From: Octopus sinensis
Taxonomy: Eukaryota
Reading direction: 5' to 3'
DNA length: 64,000 bases
Assembly (NCBI RefSeq): GCF_006345805.1
Contig: NC_043014.1
Location: forward strand, 35,216,001 to 35,280,000
The notes under the pieces are model-generated. The model ran no database searches, was not told the origin of the DNA, and saw only the letters and a program-made list of their open reading frames with translations. Shown piece after piece: positions 60,425-64,000 of this stretch (its first letter is position 1; every line of letters begins with the position of its first letter). The translations under genes and the position numbers were made by a program.

Positions 60425-62837
60425 GGCGAATTTGTCTACAATATTTCGTCTACTACAATTCATCTACAATAATTCATACACATATGCAATTCATCTACAG
60501 CAATTTATCTACGGACACAATTCATCTACAAGGTTATAAAACGTAAAATAATACAAGTAAAATTTATTATAGAGACAACTGCTTAGATCTTTGGCGCTGT
60601 TTAACTTTTTAATAAATTAAAGGCTATCTAGCCAAAAAATAAAAAAAAGATTTTGCAATTAGTTTCAAAATAAAATTCCTCATTAAAAAAGACACAGTAA
60701 GTTTGCTGCCAAAGCTAAAAAGATACAAAACGACAGAGAAATGAAAAACCTTTTGCTAAAAAAAAAAATTTTTTTTTAAAGAAAGGTTATAATCACAGAT
60801 ATTTGTACTGCTGAAATTTTCCACTAGTCTTTTTATACATTAAGCAGTATCACGGCAGCACTTTTTGTAGTTTCAGGGTTCCTCCTTGAGAGATAATGTT
60901 CTATTTGGGCCTCATTAAAATTTTGCTCCTTCTTAAGACAATCAATGAATTTCCATATATGTGGATGGTGAGCAGCAACTTGGATCTGGAAAGCCCTGTG
61001 CCATCCTTCTACTACATTATCTGTTTTTGGTAAATTTTTCAAAGCCTCATCATAAACATTCCATATTTCATGAGGGAAGATAGGAGACCTTTGCATATTT
61101 CTCCGTCCAGGGCGGCCGATCCATGTGTCCTCAAAATAATCTATTACATCTTGATCTTCATCAGGAAAAATATTATGATCGCATAATGTCTCAAATGTCT
61201 CGGTCACTTTTTCAACTGGAACAAATGCTATGGCTGGCAACATCCGAAGTCTCAAAGCAAATTCAGAATTTGTTCCGTATAATCTCTGGAGACAATTTCT
61301 CTGAACTGAATAGAATACACTTTGACAGAAGTGAAAGAGACACCCCTTGAGTTTTATATTTGGAAATTCCTTAAGGAATGCATTCTGCATAGCCTTTTCG
61401 AAGTCTATCGTTACAGTTGAAGGTGCACAGGCTGGCTCTGAATTTGTTATTTTCTGTAAAAGTTGACTATAGGTTTCCTCACATTTGTTGTAATACAAAC
61501 ACCGGCGGTACTGAAGCTTTTTCTCTTAAACTAGGCAGAGTATACGGCTGGTGAAACAACAATGGAACTGTCTTGAATGTACCATCGGTAAACCATTGAT
61601 TACTTTGTGAAAGTAAACGAAGGCTGCGTTTAGTAGTAAAAAATAGCATGCGTTTATCACTTTGACCTGAATCATATATTAAGAATGCCTCACCTTTAAG
61701 GGATTTTGTATATTCGTCCGGAAAAATTAATTCTTTGCAATTCCTTGGTAAGGTTGGAACTGCATTATTTTGTTGAAAGGCAGCGAGTTGGCAGAAACGT
61801 TAGCGCGCGGGCGAAATGTCTAGCGGTATTTCGCCTGCCGTTACGTTCTGAGTTCAAATTCCGCCGCGGTCGACTTTGCCTTTCATCCTTTCGGGGTTGA
61901 TAAATTAAGTACCAGTTACGCACTGGGGTCGATGTAATCGACTTAATCCGTTTGTCTGTCCTTGTTTGTCCTCTCTGTGTTTAACCCCTTGTGGGTAGTA
62001 AAGAAATAGGTATTTCGTCTGTCTTTACGTTCTGAGTTCAAATTCCGCCGAGGTCGACTTTGCCTTTCATCCTTTCGGGGTCGAAAAATAAAGTACCAGT
62101 TTCGCACTGGGGTCGATGTAATCGACTTAATCCCTTTGTCTGTCCTTGTTTGACCCCTCTGTGTTTAGTCACTTGTGGGCAGTAAATAAATATATTTTGT
62201 TGCCTTATAAAACGTACTGTCCTTTTAAGATTTTGCGTTAACGGGGTTCTAGACACAGCAGCCTCACAACAACCTTCGAAGGCGCTAGATATTATTGATT
62301 GTGGTGTTCTCACCATCTGCCATATTTTTATAGCAGTTTCTGTTGCTCCAACTTCCGCAGCATCTATTGTATGATTGTGTTCATTTATAAGACTGCTTAT
62401 TGCTTCCTCTAATGTAGTTATATTTATGATATTTACCACACTTCCAGTAAGTCCTGGGCCCGTTCTCTCTATTTTTATAGAATAAATATCCATCATGAAC
62501 TAAATTTTTTCGTCGTTTTTCTGTTTCTATATATTGAAGAACCATTCTATGGGCTTCAGAGTACTGAAATTTTAACCAGTTTTCTCTTGGAATTACGTCA
62601 AAACCTCGAAAAAATGCTGAGAATTTTAAAATTGAAAGGTGCTGTTATTGATACATATTGTCCTCCTTAGGAAAAACAAATTGTCATGAAGTGGTAGTTT
62701 GGTCATTAAGAAAAAGAAGTTTATAATTGCTCGTTTAATGCTATCAGTTCTCTCTGTATCTCTCTCTAGTTTTATCTGTAGATAAATTGTTGTAGATGAA
62801 TTGTATATGTTGATGAATAGTTGTAGACGAATTCACC
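60425..62837 (-). mobile_element. Mutator-like (MULE) DNA transposon with TIRs
   Basis: WFTDGTFKTVP (61564-61595), TIDFEKAM, GCLFHFCQ, TDNVVEGWH and an N-terminal HNH motif. Imperfect TIRs GG(C/T)GAATT(T/C)GTCTACAA with repeated AATTCATCTACA at 60425-60530 and 62765-62837. Confidence 0.88.
61776..62192 (+). mobile_element. SINE family B dimer inserted in the MULE transposase, 10-bp TSD
   Basis: TATTTTGTTG at 61766-61775 and 62193-62202. Confidence 0.9.
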
Positions 62838-63274
62838 TAGAACCTGCCAGGAACCCAACTTCGGCGACCACGAAGGATAATGCTGACGCTGTGCACGTTA
62901 TGATTCTCGAGGGCCGCCAGATTTTAGTTGAAGTCATAGATGTAACTCTGGGGATTTCCCGCGAGAGTTGGTCACATCATCCAGAACATCCTGGACATTA
63001 GAAAGCTTTCCGCAAAGTGGGTACTGAAATGCCTGAACGCATATAAGAAGCGCATCAGAGTGACGCAATTTTGAACCGGTTTGCAGTGGGAGAGGCTGAT
63101 TTTATGGCTCGTTTAGTCACCATGGATGAAACTTGGCTTCGTCGTTATGATCCCCAAACCAAACAGCAATCAATGCAGTGGCCCTACGACGGTTCACCGC
63201 GTCCCAAGAAGTTTCGGACCCAGAAGTCAGCTGGAAAGATTCTGGCTTCAGTGTTCTGGGACAAATACTGAATA

Positions 63275-63788
63275 TCTATATATATAAAACTGTAGTTGTG
63301 TGAGTGTCTGTCCCCTTCGATTTAGATTCCTAACTCCTCCCACATTTTGCGGTGCAGTTTAACCAAATTCGGGTATCTTATAGTCATGATTCATATCGAG
63401 CCCGTCTGGCTATTAGCGCGCGTCTACGATGAGTCTACGATTTAAAAAATAATTTAACATCATTTTTTATTCCATTTTAATGCATAATTTTTTCTTGTGT
63501 CGATGGCGGCGGAGTTGGCGTCCATGGTTACACTTGCACCTGTTTGCTTCTCCCCCTTCTTCCCTCCCTCGTGAAGCTGTGGGGAAGGGAGTGTAAGGAA
63601 ATCAACGTCGTAATGCGTTGTCAAGGAGACCAGCGTTCTTTTAGAACAACGACTTCATGGCTTGAAGACACCAAAACAGAAATGGCTAAGAAAGCCTGAA
63701 TTGGCATCTATAAAGGAAGTAACGCTCTAAAAATGCTTATATAGTTATTTCCCTTACAAACCCGAGCAACGCCGGGCGATACTGCTAG
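63275..63788 (+). mobile_element. Non-autonomous Helitron
   Basis: A|TCTATATATATAAAA 5' end; CCCGAGCAACGCCGGG hairpin followed by CTAG|T; no TSD; interrupts the mariner. Confidence 0.85.
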
Positions 63789-64000
63789 TTCCTCATAAAA
63801 TACTTGCCAAAAGGTCGCACTATCAACGCAGAATACTAGATATCTCTGTTGGACGAACTGCGTGAAACTTCGAAGCAGAAACGCTGTGGCAAGCTGTGTT
63901 GTGGTGTCCTGTTTTTTTTTTTCAGGACAACGTACCAGCGTACACAGCACATGAAACTCTATGGAAAATGCGCAACTATCGCTTCGAATTGCTAGCCCAC

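Larger units (their letters stand above)
60207..64000 (+). mobile_element. Mariner transposase remnant in three pieces (60207-60424, 62838-63274, 63789-window end)
   Basis: HTH ARAVMKFLF...PSYSTVKIW...DELRSG; KLSAKWVLKCL; LVTMDETWLRRYDPQTKQQSMQW; QDNVPAY. The reading resumes after each insertion. Confidence 0.88.

Overview
Eukaryotic, AT-rich, repeat-dense genomic DNA. The SINE, LINE and microsatellite content is typical of an octopus or other cephalopod genome; the species is inferred, not shown. Two host genes lie head-to-head. (1) A C2H2 zinc-finger gene on the minus strand has one 4.3-kb coding exon (2464-6807, about 1447 aa, 9 intact fingers). The same two-finger recognition module occurs three times. 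(2) A six-exon BAG1 orthologue (ubiquitin-like domain plus BAG domain, about 200-209 aa) on the plus strand runs from 16148/16175 to 45891; I reconstructed it by hand with consistent GT-AG phases. The rest is mostly mobile DNA: a full-length CR1-type LINE inserted into a SINE in BAG1 intron 2, a 5'-truncated RTE LINE with a PHD finger inside its RT, Tx1/L1-like and RLE-type LINE remnants, a mariner interrupted by a MULE and a Helitron, many MITEs, at least four SINE-like families, and microsatellites. Top leads: an apparently intact Penelope-type hammerhead ribozyme at 59051-59145 with four relatives; a near-perfect inverted CR1 pair enclosing BAG1 exon 3; CR1 frameshifts that look like long-read errors, so the element may be intact; the triplicated zinc-finger module; a uORF overlapping an in-frame BAG1 start (TAATG); and SINE arrays that restart at the same nucleotide. 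No rRNA, true tRNA genes or CRISPR arrays were found.
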